DNA of 45,354 nt from Candidatus Micrarchaeaceae archaeon (GCA_038877255.1 JAVYWZ010000004.1:1-45354); one strand, 5' to 3'; shown: positions 26,362 to 36,418, counted from the first letter of the stretch. The notes: generated from the letters alone by a model not told the origin. Numbers and translations: made by a program.

Positions 26362-27897
26362 ATGTTATACTTTAATAAATATTTGAATAATTTAAGTAAA
26401 ATCAGTAGCATCGTAAAGAAGCCAAAGCAGGGGCAGGATGACGCGCGCTGCGATCTTGGCTTCTTAATTGCAGCTGCAGAAGGCAATCCTGTGGCCGAGC
26501 TAGGGGGTCTAATCCCAAGGGCTGTACTTAAAACAGGCAACGCGTACGCTTATGTAATAGGCTATGGTCTTGAGCCTATTAACAAGTACGAGCTTAAAGA
26601 AGCGGGCATTGCAAAATTGCATGTCATTAATGAACTTGCCATCGGGAGCGAAGAAATATCAATGCGGCTTTTTGAAAAAGCGAAAGATATTGCATTTAAA
26701 GCGCTGTCTGAAAAGCTCGGCGCGCAACGCGCCTCTTTTATTTCATATCTGATTGCACATGATACTGTAGGCTACGGCGCTGTAAGCATATTGCTCGAAG
26801 ACAGGTCAAAACTCGAGGAGATAGAAATAAACTCACCAACAGCGCCGATCTTAGTACATCATAGTGAATATGGTTTGTGCCATACAAATCTGTCTTTCGC
26901 AAGCGCTTCGCAGTTTAAGCGCGTTGTAAACAAGATGGCTTACGAAGCAGAGAAGGAGCTTAACGACAGTTCGCCCATAATTGACGTGCAAATAGGCAAC
27001 GCAAGGATACACGCGCAGATAAAACCATATGCGCAGAGCGGCGGAGCCGCAACAATAAGGCTTGCATCTGCAAATTCTGTAGGCATTGATTATTTGCTTA
27101 AAAGGAAGAGTGCCAGCGAAGAAGAACTCGCATATATGTGGCTTGCGGTCGATTCTAAGGTAAACGTGCTTATTTCAGGTGCTCCTGCAAGCGGCAAGAC
27201 CACATTGCTTAGTGCGCTAATGTCGCTTGTACCAAAGTACCAGCGCATTGCCACAATAGAGGAAGACATAAACGAGCTCAAGGCAGAGGTTGATTTCAAC
27301 AACGTAGTCGCGTTATACGGCTCCAGGTATGGCGGCGTGAGCGCAAGGGAGCAGGTAATAAATGCGCTTCGCATGCGCCCGGATATGCTAATTGTTGGTG
27401 AAATACGTGGCGAAGAAGCAAGAGAGATGTTTGCAGGAGCAAATCTTGGCATACCGTTTGTTACTACTATGCACAGCAATGAAGGTGGTATTGAAATACT
27501 AAAAAGGCTTTTGGTAAAGCCAATGAATGTTGATCCGATTGCGTTAAGCATGCTGGATGTTGCATTGTACATGAAACAGATTGACATTTCGAGGCGTGTG
27601 CTCTCTGGCATTTATGAGTACAAATGGCTCAGCAGGGCCGAGACTGAAAGTGGCATAGAGATAAACGAGACAAACAACGTGCAGATAGATGAGCTTACAA
27701 AATCAGGCGCTTTTGATAGAAGTATGCTCAATAACTCAAAAGTAGTTAAAGCATACGCCAAATCCAAAGACATTACTCCTAATGCCGCACTCAGGGAATT
27801 TGATAGGCGCGTCAAATTCCTAAAAAAGTTTTCAACTTACGGTTTGGAACACGGCACTGTTTCAGAGTTTGTGCGCCAGTACGAGGAGAATTTATGA
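26362..27897 (+). CDS. Type IV pilus/Tad secretion ATPase (VirB11/FlaI family)
   Basis: GAPASGKTT, TIEEDINEL, ALRMRPD..IVGEIRG and TTMH motifs; start uncertain. Confidence 0.92.
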   Translation: MLYFNKYLNNLSKISSIVKKPKQGQDDARCDLGFLIAAAEGNPVAELGGLIPRAVLKTGNAYAYVIGYGLEPINKYELKEAGIAKLHVINELAIGSEEISMRLFEKAKDIAFKALSEKLGAQRASFISYLIAHDTVGYGAVSILLEDRSKLEEIEINSPTAPILVHHSEYGLCHTNLSFASASQFKRVVNKMAYEAEKELNDSSPIIDVQIGNARIHAQIKPYAQSGGAATIRLASANSVGIDYLLKRKSASEEELAYMWLAVDSKVNVLISGAPASGKTTLLSALMSLVPKYQRIATIEEDINELKAEVDFNNVVALYGSRYGGVSAREQVINALRMRPDMLIVGEIRGEEAREMFAGANLGIPFVTTMHSNEGGIEILKRLLVKPMNVDPIALSMLDVALYMKQIDISRRVLSGIYEYKWLSRAETESGIEINETNNVQIDELTKSGAFDRSMLNNSKVVKAYAKSKDITPNAALREFDRRVKFLKKFSTYGLEHGTVSEFVRQYEENL

Positions 27898-28553
27898 ATT
27901 TCGGAATAAGCAAGAAAGAGCTTGCGATTACCTTGGCATTTTCATCAGCTATCGCCATTATTGCAGGTATTGTTTCTACGCATGCGTCAGATATGCTTTT
28001 TCTGCTGCTTCCTTCTATCGCCTTTGCCTATATAGTGCGTCTGCTTATAAGGCATGCAAGGCATGCATATGAAAGTAATATTTACAAAAGACATTTGTTC
28101 GATGTTCTCGAAAGGCTCAATTATTATGTGCAAAAAGGCTTGCCTTTGGTATCTGCAATAGACCTTGCGTTGACAGGCGAAAGCGAAACAATAACCAGGC
28201 GTATGCGCGTCGCCAAGCGCGAATTGCTTTTGGGGCTCGGCCTTGAGGATGTGCTCTATAGGCTTGATCTTGCCTATGGCAAATCTGATTTGGCTTCGTC
28301 GCTTGAAGCTCACAAGGCACATGATGAAAGGCATGCTGCAGAACTTGAAGGCAGCATGCAAACCTACGCCACCCTGAACATGTTTGTTTCAACAATAGCG
28401 CCCTCTTTTATAGTCTTTGCGTTCATCGGCTCAACCGTTATAGCAGGTTCATTAAACGGTCTGTTTGCAATGTCGCTTGCTCTGCTTTTCCTCGTTCCGC
28501 TGGCATACGCCTTTGCCAACGTTTTGATGTATAGGCGCATGTATGCCCAATAA
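27894..28553 (+). CDS. TadB/TadC-like pilus membrane platform protein
   Basis: T2SSF-like pattern, TM helices, coupled to the ATPase gene. Confidence 0.65.
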   Translation: MNFGISKKELAITLAFSSAIAIIAGIVSTHASDMLFLLLPSIAFAYIVRLLIRHARHAYESNIYKRHLFDVLERLNYYVQKGLPLVSAIDLALTGESETITRRMRVAKRELLLGLGLEDVLYRLDLAYGKSDLASSLEAHKAHDERHAAELEGSMQTYATLNMFVSTIAPSFIVFAFIGSTVIAGSLNGLFAMSLALLFLVPLAYAFANVLMYRRMYAQ

Positions 28554-29160
28554 TATAAAAGACGAGGATGTGCTCACGTATGCGCGTGCAATAGCGAGAA
28601 GCAACAAGCGCTTACCACTTGCGCTTGCAATACAAGAATGCGTGCAAGGTCGAAGTGACGCGCTCTCAGAAGAGCTAATGAGGTTTGTAAAAAGCCATTT
28701 GCTTGGTGCAGACGATGTATCATTCAATGGAATTAGCGGAAGCGCTGAAGAATTTGCTAGCTTGCTATGGTCAAGCATGCACTCGTTTGTCAGCATAGAA
28801 AATAAGCTTGGCATTTTCATAGAGGATTTGGAAAGAGAAGTGAGCACTAAGAACAAACTGCATGCAAAGACTGCTGGAATGAGCATGCTTACGCTAGCAG
28901 GAATAGCATTCTTCTTTCCGCTCTTTAGCGGCATAGGCCTTGCGATACTCAGGAGCTCAGGCGGGCTTGTTGTTTCAAGTAATTATTCCGAATTTGCCGT
29001 AGTGTCAATGGTTTATGTTGTTTTGATGCTTTACCTTGTTTCTGTTTTCTCGCATCCAGAGGAGAATGGCAAGGGCTTGGCTTTTTACATAATGCCATAT
29101 GCAATGCTTGCCTTTACCATGTTTTGGGTTGCTTATTCGTTTGTAGGTTTCGCTATATGA
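28543..29160 (+). CDS. Second TadC-like membrane platform protein
   Basis: Soluble domain followed by three TM helices; operon context. Confidence 0.6.
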   Translation: MPNNIKDEDVLTYARAIARSNKRLPLALAIQECVQGRSDALSEELMRFVKSHLLGADDVSFNGISGSAEEFASLLWSSMHSFVSIENKLGIFIEDLEREVSTKNKLHAKTAGMSMLTLAGIAFFFPLFSGIGLAILRSSGGLVVSSNYSEFAVVSMVYVVLMLYLVSVFSHPEENGKGLAFYIMPYAMLAFTMFWVAYSFVGFAI

Positions 29161-29169
29161 GGTGAAAAC

Positions 29170-29421
29170 ATGAACATAACAATACCAGGCAGTACAGAAG
29201 CAGCTGCGTTCCTTGCGATTGCAAGGAGCAAGAAGGCGCAAAGCTCGCTAGAATACATAATGATGATAGCGGCGGCGAGCATAGTGATAGTATTAGCAGT
29301 GGCAATGGTGGTAAAGCTGAAAAGCGCAGTAGTAACAACAGTGAATGTGAATGGCACTAACGAAAGCATTGCCCAAGCGATTTCAAAAGAGCTCGGCTCG
29401 CTTACTTCTGGAGCGGTCTAA
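29170..29421 (+). CDS. Class III signal peptide pilin (probable major pilin)
   Basis: KKAQ/SSLEY motif followed by a hydrophobic helix; strong SD GAGGTGA. Confidence 0.85.
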   Translation: MNITIPGSTEAAAFLAIARSKKAQSSLEYIMMIAAASIVIVLAVAMVVKLKSAVVTTVNVNGTNESIAQAISKELGSLTSGAV

Positions 29422-29789
29422 TGAGGGCGCAGCTGTCTCTTGAGTTCCTAATATATGTTGGTCTCGCCGGCGTTTCGCTTGCTATTGTAGGCGCGGCGAT
29501 TCCAGCATTATTAGGCAAGGCAAATGCCTATGCAAGCAGCTATGCAGCCGCTTCTTTCGTCAATGCGGTGAACACGGCTCTGATAAGTGGCAACGCAACT
29601 GTATCTGCTTACTTGCCTATGGGGCTTTGCAACTCAAGTGCAAAGGGCGATGTTCTTGAAACGCAGTGGGGCACATTTTATTTTTTAGCGCCACTGCTTG
29701 TTGGCGATGCGCTCTGTCCTTCGGGCATGCAGGCAACTTTTGCCATAGAAACAGACAACGGCACAATAGTGCTAAGGCGTATTTCATGA
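29421..29789 (+). CDS. Class III signal peptide minor pilin
   Basis: MRAQLSLEF followed by a hydrophobic helix. Confidence 0.85.
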   Translation: MRAQLSLEFLIYVGLAGVSLAIVGAAIPALLGKANAYASSYAAASFVNAVNTALISGNATVSAYLPMGLCNSSAKGDVLETQWGTFYFLAPLLVGDALCPSGMQATFAIETDNGTIVLRRIS

Positions 29790-29959
29790 ATGCACAGCTA
29801 TCATTGGAGATGTTGATAGGCATGCTGCTTGCAATGTTCTTGCTCGCTGTTTTTTTGGGGCTTGCATCTGGAATAAGAGCAAATGCAATGTCACATGTAC
29901 GCGCAATAGCAACTTTACTTGTACATAACCCGGGTGTTTTGCATGCTAACGGGCATTGA
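29786..29959 (+). CDS. Short class III signal peptide pilin-like protein (57 aa)
   Basis: MNAQLSLEM followed by a hydrophobic helix; ATGA overlap with the upstream gene. Confidence 0.75.
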   Translation: MNAQLSLEMLIGMLLAMFLLAVFLGLASGIRANAMSHVRAIATLLVHNPGVLHANGH

Positions 29960-30296
29960 TTATTTAATTGCAATTCCGCTTGTTGCAATCGCAATGGCAA
30001 TGCTTTTCCTTCCTGCAAATTCTTCAATAAATTATATCTCTGCTACTGGTGCATATGAAGTACGAGAGCTTGCTCTGTTTAATTACTCGCAGAGCCTTAC
30101 AAGAGCGATAGAGAATCTTAGCATTGCTCAGGCTGTTGCGGTAGCCGATTCAAAAAGCAGCGCCGGTATCTCTGCCATTATTGCGCAGTACGGCAATACA
30201 AGCATGTGCAATACGCAGGATTTTTGCAGAGTGGTTCCAATCCATGGCATTTTGCATGTTTTGGTGGTGTATTATGAGAATACAAACAAGCCTTGA
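29943..30296 (+). CDS. Pilin-like protein
   Basis: MLTGIDYLIA followed by a hydrophobic helix; operon context. Confidence 0.6.
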   Translation: MLTGIDYLIAIPLVAIAMAMLFLPANSSINYISATGAYEVRELALFNYSQSLTRAIENLSIAQAVAVADSKSSAGISAIIAQYGNTSMCNTQDFCRVVPIHGILHVLVVYYENTNKP

Positions 30297-31542
30297 ATTC
30301 ATGATTTTGCTTGGCGTAGTGGCTTCTGTGGCGCTTTTTGCTATAGGCACATATGCTAGAACAATATTGCCTCAGTATAAGCAGTTTGGCACTGTTGCTT
30401 ATGCAAACGCGAGCAACAACACCTTGGTGCTGAGCGCTCCTCAGCAGAAACCAGGGCTTGCTGTGCAATTTCCATATTACACAGAAATTTACAAGACAGC
30501 ATATGTGGGCGCTGTGTTTTACAACTGTTCAAATGGCACTGTGAAGCTAAGTGCAAGTTCAACTTCACTGTTCTTTCCAGTTAATGGCACAGAAGTCAGC
30601 TTGAAAGGTCTAGGAACAGCATCGCTTCCTTTTGTTCCTATGCGTACTGGTGCCAACAGCGCAAAATTATCATATTTGATAGCATGCAGAGGCACCACAT
30701 ACAACGGCACAGAAAATTTAAGCACGTACACCAATGGCGTAGGCAATGTTAGTGGTTATTCGCCTTATTTTGCTGAAATAACAGGAAGAAAAGAACTGAT
30801 TAATTATTCACTGTCTGGTAAAAGCCCGATTATTTATACGACAGAAAGCACAAAGTGCACAAAAACAGATTGGAATTACAATCCTTTGCCGATACAGTAC
30901 CAATGCGGCACAACAAGCGCATGGGAGTACCGTGTATTTTCAATTTACTGCTATTACAATGTTGGCGGCACAACAACAACTACAACATGCATATATCCGC
31001 ATGATACCCAGTACAATACAAGCGGAATCGGCAATATTACTTACTCATATAATTTTATTCTCAAAATTTCTACGCCTATTGGCGTTATAGAATCAAACAT
31101 TAGCAGTGCGCGTGCGGAGAGCGCGTTGAAACTTGGCAACAAAACAGTAGGCTATGCAAATGTAGTGAGCGTGGCTTACCTCGGCCAACAGCTTTCAGGA
31201 GGCTTTCTCATCAACGGCTCAAAAATATCGCTTGCAAACGAGAGCGCATATGCAGAGTATGTGCAAGCAGAGGAAAATCTTTATTCTGTGCTTAACTATT
31301 ACAACAAAACTCTCAGCTACTCACAGCAGATAGACCAGGCAATATATGAGTACAACACCTCATCAGAGAATCTCATTAACAGCAAACAGCAGAACAATGG
31401 ATGTTTGTCCAATGAAAATATGGTAAGTTGTACGCCAGAGCAGCCATTCTCATATGTTATAAACGCGCATATTTTGAATGTTGCTGGCATTAGCAATGAA
31501 ACCTTGCAGTATTCTGGGTCAATTATCAATATAACAGACTGA
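30274..31542 (+). CDS. Large class III signal peptide protein (adhesin-like minor pilin)
   Basis: MRIQTSLEF; Cys- and N-x-S/T-rich extracellular domain. Confidence 0.8.
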   Translation: MRIQTSLEFMILLGVVASVALFAIGTYARTILPQYKQFGTVAYANASNNTLVLSAPQQKPGLAVQFPYYTEIYKTAYVGAVFYNCSNGTVKLSASSTSLFFPVNGTEVSLKGLGTASLPFVPMRTGANSAKLSYLIACRGTTYNGTENLSTYTNGVGNVSGYSPYFAEITGRKELINYSLSGKSPIIYTTESTKCTKTDWNYNPLPIQYQCGTTSAWEYRVFSIYCYYNVGGTTTTTTCIYPHDTQYNTSGIGNITYSYNFILKISTPIGVIESNISSARAESALKLGNKTVGYANVVSVAYLGQQLSGGFLINGSKISLANESAYAEYVQAEENLYSVLNYYNKTLSYSQQIDQAIYEYNTSSENLINSKQQNNGCLSNENMVSCTPEQPFSYVINAHILNVAGISNETLQYSGSIINITD

Positions 31543-31561
31543 TGCAACAATTAGTGTTTGA

Positions 31562-31942
31562 ATGCGCGGTCAGCTAGCAACATTTGAAGCGATTCTTGCA
31601 ATATCTGTATCTATTTATTCGCTTTCTTACATGGTTTATGCTGTGCACAGCTACAACGAGCTTGCCTCATCGAGTATATTCAGTTTGCATGCCGGAGCAG
31701 AAGCTTACGATCTTGCATCTGCAATCGAGTCAAATGCATCTGCAAAGTCGTGCATAGAAAGCTCAAACGCCACGTGTATAAAAGACATGATTTTGCAATA
31801 TGAGCGTGTTTATGGCGTTGGCATTAGCATATACTTAAATGGCGAGTACATAGGAAATGAAAACTTGGGGAAAAATGGCAACGCATACTGTTTCAACTTC
31901 TATAACAAAACGTTGTGTATGCTTGTAACGCGGGCGTCTTGA
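31562..31942 (+). CDS. Class III signal peptide minor pilin
   Basis: MRGQLATFE followed by a hydrophobic helix. Confidence 0.8.
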   Translation: MRGQLATFEAILAISVSIYSLSYMVYAVHSYNELASSSIFSLHAGAEAYDLASAIESNASAKSCIESSNATCIKDMILQYERVYGVGISIYLNGEYIGNENLGKNGNAYCFNFYNKTLCMLVTRAS

Positions 31943-32232
31943 TGTCGTTCTACGGCTTGCTGATTGTTGGTGTAATCGTAGCCTTTGGCATATGCTTAGA
32001 ATCTGTTATGTCAATGTTGGGTATTGCTAATTCCATTGGCATTCAGTATGCTACAGTTTCAGAGAAGACTGCGCTTAGCATGTACTCTAATTATCTTTCT
32101 CTCGGCTACAACGGCTCCTACGCCATTTCCGGTCTCTTAAACATAAGCAACATGCGTATAACGTGCATACAACATATTTGCATAATTTCAGACAAATATG
32201 GCATAGTGAGCGAAGCGCTAAATACGGATTAG
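31942..32232 (+). CDS. Pilus-cluster membrane-anchored protein
   Basis: N-terminal hydrophobic helix; TGATG coupling to the upstream gene. Confidence 0.6.
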   Translation: MSFYGLLIVGVIVAFGICLESVMSMLGIANSIGIQYATVSEKTALSMYSNYLSLGYNGSYAISGLLNISNMRITCIQHICIISDKYGIVSEALNTD

Positions 32233-32280
32233 TGAGTGGAAACTAAAACATTATTATGCCTTTCGTGTCGTAATATGCGT

Positions 32281-32739
32281 ATGGCACGTAATTGCGTATT
32301 CTGCAGGATAATCGAGAAGAAAGAAAAAGCATATATAGTTTACGAAGATAAAAACGTACTTGCAGTGCTTGACAAAAACCCATTTACCGAAGGTCACACC
32401 GTAATCATGACCAAAAAACATTATGAAAGTTTGTTTGATGTTGACAAAAAAGATCTTTTGCACGTTATTCTATTAGCAAAAAAGCTTGCTTTATTGTATA
32501 AAAAGGAATTCAAATGCGATGGGGCAAATATAATTCACGCATCTGGCGCAATAGCCGGCCAGAGCGTAAATCATTTTCATGTGCATTTGGTTCCGCGTTA
32601 CAAAGCAGACAATCTTGGCAATCTCTGGTACAGGGCAAGGAACAAATGCATAAACAATTATTTGGTCTATGGTAGGCTTGTGACTTCTAAGTATTACAAA
32701 TTGCTAGGCGAGAGCAACATGGCAAAAGCTAACCTATGA
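32281..32739 (+). CDS. HIT family hydrolase
   Basis: CVFC and GQSVNHFHVHLVPR motifs. Confidence 0.93.
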   Translation: MARNCVFCRIIEKKEKAYIVYEDKNVLAVLDKNPFTEGHTVIMTKKHYESLFDVDKKDLLHVILLAKKLALLYKKEFKCDGANIIHASGAIAGQSVNHFHVHLVPRYKADNLGNLWYRARNKCINNYLVYGRLVTSKYYKLLGESNMAKANL

Positions 32740-32827
32740 ATCAGACCGCCTAGCTATCTTCATCGCTTGCGCTCAGCGATCACCAGTATCATCACACTTT
32801 ATTAATTGCCTAATAACATTATTAATC

Positions 32828-33460
32828 ATGCATCTATCAGAGAAATATTCTCTTTTCATTTTTGACTGGGACAATACGCTAGTTTCTACACGTTTTCTTA
32901 TCAATGCGATAAGATATTCAAAAAGAAGGTATTGGAATGTTGCACGCGCTAGCAAGCGCGCAATAGCCATTAAGCCGTTAGATATAAGCAACGTACAACT
33001 TAAAAGCCTTGAAGAAGAAAATAAGCTTCTCTCTGCAGTGTACGACGCATACTTAAGAATTCAAGCGCCGCGCCTTAAGCCATATGCCATTGATGTTCTC
33101 AAAACGCTAAAATCAAAAAAGATAAAGATAGCAGTATTCAGTGATGGCAGAAGCGGAAGGCTTATGAAGGAAATACATTCTTTAGGGCTCTCTAAGTATC
33201 TTGATTTTGCTTCTGGCGCAAATTCATTTGGCAGGTATAAACCGGATCCAGCTGGTTTGCTTTACATAATGCGCTTTTTCAAAATAAGCGATAAGCGAAG
33301 CATTTATGTGTGCGATATGAACATTGACATAATTACAGCGAGGCTTGCAGGCATAGACAGTTGCGCTATAAGCGATGGGCTTAGCTCGTTGGAATCATTA
33401 AAGAAGGAAAGGCCAACTTATTTGATGGATAATTTGTCTAAGCTTCTAAAGTCTCTTTGA
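32828..33460 (+). CDS. HAD-superfamily hydrolase (phosphoglycolate phosphatase-like)
   Basis: FDWDNTL, KPDP and D..ID motifs. Confidence 0.88.
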   Translation: MHLSEKYSLFIFDWDNTLVSTRFLINAIRYSKRRYWNVARASKRAIAIKPLDISNVQLKSLEEENKLLSAVYDAYLRIQAPRLKPYAIDVLKTLKSKKIKIAVFSDGRSGRLMKEIHSLGLSKYLDFASGANSFGRYKPDPAGLLYIMRFFKISDKRSIYVCDMNIDIITARLAGIDSCAISDGLSSLESLKKERPTYLMDNLSKLLKSL

Positions 33461-33512
33461 ATACCAGATTTTCAATCTCAAAACAACGCGGAGTACGCAG
33501 AAAGATTAGCCT

Positions 33513-33626
33513 CGGCGAGCGGGAAGCCCTGACTTGACAAGAGCATGAAGCGAGCAAATGCGCATAAAAATAACCTGCGATAAATATACGAGGAATTGCA
33601 TAAAATAAGGCGATACTATGCCCAAT
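33513..33626 (+). mobile_element. Partial (left-portion) copy C of the tnpB-derived mini-element
   Basis: CGGCGAGCGGGAAGCC...GCATGAAGCGAGCAAA...AAATAACCTGCGA...ATGCCCAAT, colinear with 9197-9306. Confidence 0.7.
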
Positions 33627-33705
33627 CCATAGGGTGTTGACTTTTATATCATAACATGCGATTAGCCTTTTTATGGTCTCTTATTATATCACTTCCACAA
33701 TTTCC

Positions 33706-33845
33706 TCATGCATATCGCATCCAATATGCGATAAGGCATGCGAACACATGCGTAGCGACATTCTTTATGCCTACAAATCTATTATTTGCAAGACCAAACA
33801 TTTCTTTTAGTCTTGAAAGAGGCGTTCTACAGCCAACCTCTTCCT
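33706..33845 (-). pseudogene. C-terminal remnant of a DDE transposase (IS4/IS5-like), frameshifted
   Basis: RKRLAVERLF /frameshift/ SRLKEMFGLANNRFVGIKNVATHVFACLIAY contains the R-x3-E-x6-K signature. Confidence 0.65.
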
Positions 33846-33896
33846 AGTTGGTAAAGTAACATGCAGCCATTGTGGAAATGGCTACTCTCAGGTTAG

Positions 33897-33968
33897 TCAC
33901 GTCGTCGTGTAGCCTGAATACCAATTGCTTACAAACATTACGTTGCTTGGCATGCCATTGTTGTCGTT
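33897..33968 (-). pseudogene. 3'-end remnant of a LamG-like surface protein gene
   Basis: NDNNGMPSNVMFVSNWYSGYTTT*, paralogous to 35375-35470. Confidence 0.55.
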
Positions 33969-34048
33969 GCAGCCGAAAGATGCAGAGCAGAGCATTGTGT
34001 GTTATTCATGACATATATTTTTATATTTTTGTGTCATATAAAACACAT

Positions 34049-35353
34049 ATGAGAGAAGAGGAAATTTTAAATGTTTTAGCAGACTGGAACTTTTGGGGCA
34101 AAGGCATAGATACGGGTATTGAAAGAAGGGCGTATGTGAACGATGTGCTAAGGCTCCTCAAGAGCAGCAACATAGTCGCTGAGCTCGGCGTAAGAAGATG
34201 CGGCAAGTCATACATCGCAAGGCAGACCATAAAGGAGCTTGTTGCATCCGGTTTAGACAAAAGAAATACGCTTATAATAAACCTAAATGATGAAAGGTTT
34301 GAAAAAGGCGAACAGCTGCTTAACGAAATATACGCTGCATATAGAAAGCACGTGGCTTCTGGTAAAAAAACCGTGATAGTCATTGACGAACCGCAAGAAA
34401 TCAATGGCTGGGAGAGATTTGTCAGGGGCGTGAGCGAAAGGGGCGAGGCAAAATTTATAGTTACGGGCTCTTCTTCTGCGCTGTTAAGCTCGGAATTCTC
34501 AACCCTGCTTAGTGGAAGGCATATACCTATGGAAATAATGCCGCTGAGCTTCAGGGAATTTCTTTACTTCAATGGCATAGCAGCCAATACCAAGCTTGAA
34601 ATTGCAAAAAACCTTTTGAGCATCGAGAAGCTTCTTGACGAATACATACTCTATGGAGGTTTTCCAGACGTTGTTCGTGCTGAAAGCAAGCTAGAGCTTC
34701 TGGGCAGCTACTTCGACACTATATTAATCAAGGACGTTGCCTCAAGGTACAAAATCAGGGCATTGGACAAGCTCAAAGCGCTTGCCAAGTTCTATGTGAC
34801 AAACATAAGCAACAGCATAACATACAACAGCATAGCGAAGTTCACAAAGATACCTGTAAAGACCGTTGAGAGGCTTTCTACCAATATAGAAAGTTCGTAT
34901 GTGCTTTTCTTTGTAAAGCGCTTTTCGCAATCGGCAAAGGAGCGCGAGAACAGCCCCAGAAAGGTTTACTGCATAGACAATGGCATGGCCGTCGCAGAGG
35001 GTTTCAACGTAGCGCAGAGGAAAGGGGCGTTGGTTGAAAATCTGGTCGCATTGGAGTTAAGGCGCAGGGGCAAAGAATTCTATTACTGGAAAGACTCGGC
35101 CACAGGCAAGGAGGTAGATTTTGTAACGATGGAAAAGAAAGGCATTATGCTGGTGCAGGTAGCAGACACTATAGAAAACCCGAAAACACTGGAGCGGGAA
35201 GTGGGCTCTCTCGAAGCTGCTACCAGAAAAATAAAAGGAGCAAAGAGCGCAGTCATAATACTGCGAAACATGCCAAACGAAAGCATAAGAAAAGAGATAA
35301 GCAGCAAGGGCATTGAAGCCAAAGGGCTTCTAAGCTTTCTCATGGAGCAGTGA
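34049..35353 (+). CDS. AAA_14/DUF4143 ATP-binding protein
   Basis: GVRRCGKS, IDEPQ, VTGSSS, LSGR, YGGFP, KVYCIDNG and EVDF motifs. Confidence 0.9.
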   Translation: MREEEILNVLADWNFWGKGIDTGIERRAYVNDVLRLLKSSNIVAELGVRRCGKSYIARQTIKELVASGLDKRNTLIINLNDERFEKGEQLLNEIYAAYRKHVASGKKTVIVIDEPQEINGWERFVRGVSERGEAKFIVTGSSSALLSSEFSTLLSGRHIPMEIMPLSFREFLYFNGIAANTKLEIAKNLLSIEKLLDEYILYGGFPDVVRAESKLELLGSYFDTILIKDVASRYKIRALDKLKALAKFYVTNISNSITYNSIAKFTKIPVKTVERLSTNIESSYVLFFVKRFSQSAKERENSPRKVYCIDNGMAVAEGFNVAQRKGALVENLVALELRRRGKEFYYWKDSATGKEVDFVTMEKKGIMLVQVADTIENPKTLEREVGSLEAATRKIKGAKSAVIILRNMPNESIRKEISSKGIEAKGLLSFLMEQ

Positions 35354-35374
35354 AAAATCAAAAACCTTTAAAGT

Positions 35375-35470
35375 TTACGTCGGCGTGTAGCCGCTGTACC
35401 AGTTGCCCACAAACATGACGCTGCTCTGCACGCCGTTGTTGCTATTGCCTGAGTAGTCGTTTGCATTGCC
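35375..35470 (-). pseudogene. 3'-end remnant of a LamG-like surface protein gene
   Basis: GNANDYSGNSNNGVQSSVMFVGNWYSGYTPT*; GNAND.SGN.NNG is typical of LamG/concanavalin-like domains. No upstream coding body. Confidence 0.6.
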
Positions 35471-35527
35471 ACATTCAGGCCCTGAATTTGCAGGTTAATT
35501 ATTATAATTTTCCTTGATAAAGCTATT

Positions 35528-36418
35528 ATGCGAGGCGCAGTAGTGGCGTTGCCAAACGATCCGGAACTTGCAAGTTCTTTAGGCAAGAAAGGCACAGCCA
35601 ATGGAATACTGTTCTTTAACAGAAAGATAAACGGCATTGCTCTGACGGCGCTTGCAGCAGTCCAAACAGAAGGAAAGTATTACACTTATGCCCAGATTGT
35701 AATGCTAGCAAACGTAGTTGTGCTCAGTTCCAAGAACGTAGATGCGTTTTTCGGCGAAATGCTTGTTGCAAGCTCGCTGCTGCACAAGAAGGTCTTAATA
35801 ACAGCAGATTCAGAAGTGGGCAAGCTGCTCAAAAGCGCTGGCGTAGATTACAAAATAGTAGCTAAAGAATCGCTGCAGGAAGCGCTGCTCGATTACGTTC
35901 CGCGGCAGAGCGCTGGCTTCGCAGAAGTTAACTTAGACAGGGCATTTCCTGTTGCTGGCATTGGCGACGTTGCGCTTGGCGTAGTTACACGCGGCAGCAT
36001 AAAGAAACACGATGTTCTTTTTCACAGTTCTGGCGCGCAGGTTACTATACGCTCAATACAAATACAGGATGAAGACGTTGATTTGGCTGAAGAAGGCACC
36101 CGCGTTGGCGTTTCCCTTAAAGGCATCAAGTATGACGAAATAGAGAAGGGCGACGTGCTTGCAAGTACTTTGGTAAAGTCGACAAGTAGCTTCAAGGCCG
36201 AGCTAAGTTTATCAAAGTTTGTCCAAGGCGTCAAGGCCGAGGGCCGCTGGCAATTTGTCAAAAACTTTTCAGTTTCGAATGCAACAGTAGAAAAGTCAGG
36301 GGATGTGTTCGAAGTAGGTTTGGACAAAGCAGTGCCACTGAAAGATGGCGATTCTTTTCTGCTATTAAGAAGCGAAATTCCAAGGATTGCCGCTTCAGGC
36401 ACTGTTATTCTTAGATAG
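35528..36418 (+). CDS. SelB-like / EF-Tu domain II protein with degenerate GTPase domain
   Basis: LGKKGT, LDRAFPVAGIGDVALG, IRSIQ and GTRVGVSLKG motifs. Confidence 0.8.
   Translation: MRGAVVALPNDPELASSLGKKGTANGILFFNRKINGIALTALAAVQTEGKYYTYAQIVMLANVVVLSSKNVDAFFGEMLVASSLLHKKVLITADSEVGKLLKSAGVDYKIVAKESLQEALLDYVPRQSAGFAEVNLDRAFPVAGIGDVALGVVTRGSIKKHDVLFHSSGAQVTIRSIQIQDEDVDLAEEGTRVGVSLKGIKYDEIEKGDVLASTLVKSTSSFKAELSLSKFVQGVKAEGRWQFVKNFSVSNATVEKSGDVFEVGLDKAVPLKDGDSFLLLRSEIPRIAASGTVILR

Noticed and set aside
35528..36418. Selenocysteine machinery (SelB)
   Set aside because: GTPase motifs are degenerate and no tRNA-Sec or SelD is seen; matches the SelB-like archaeal family instead.
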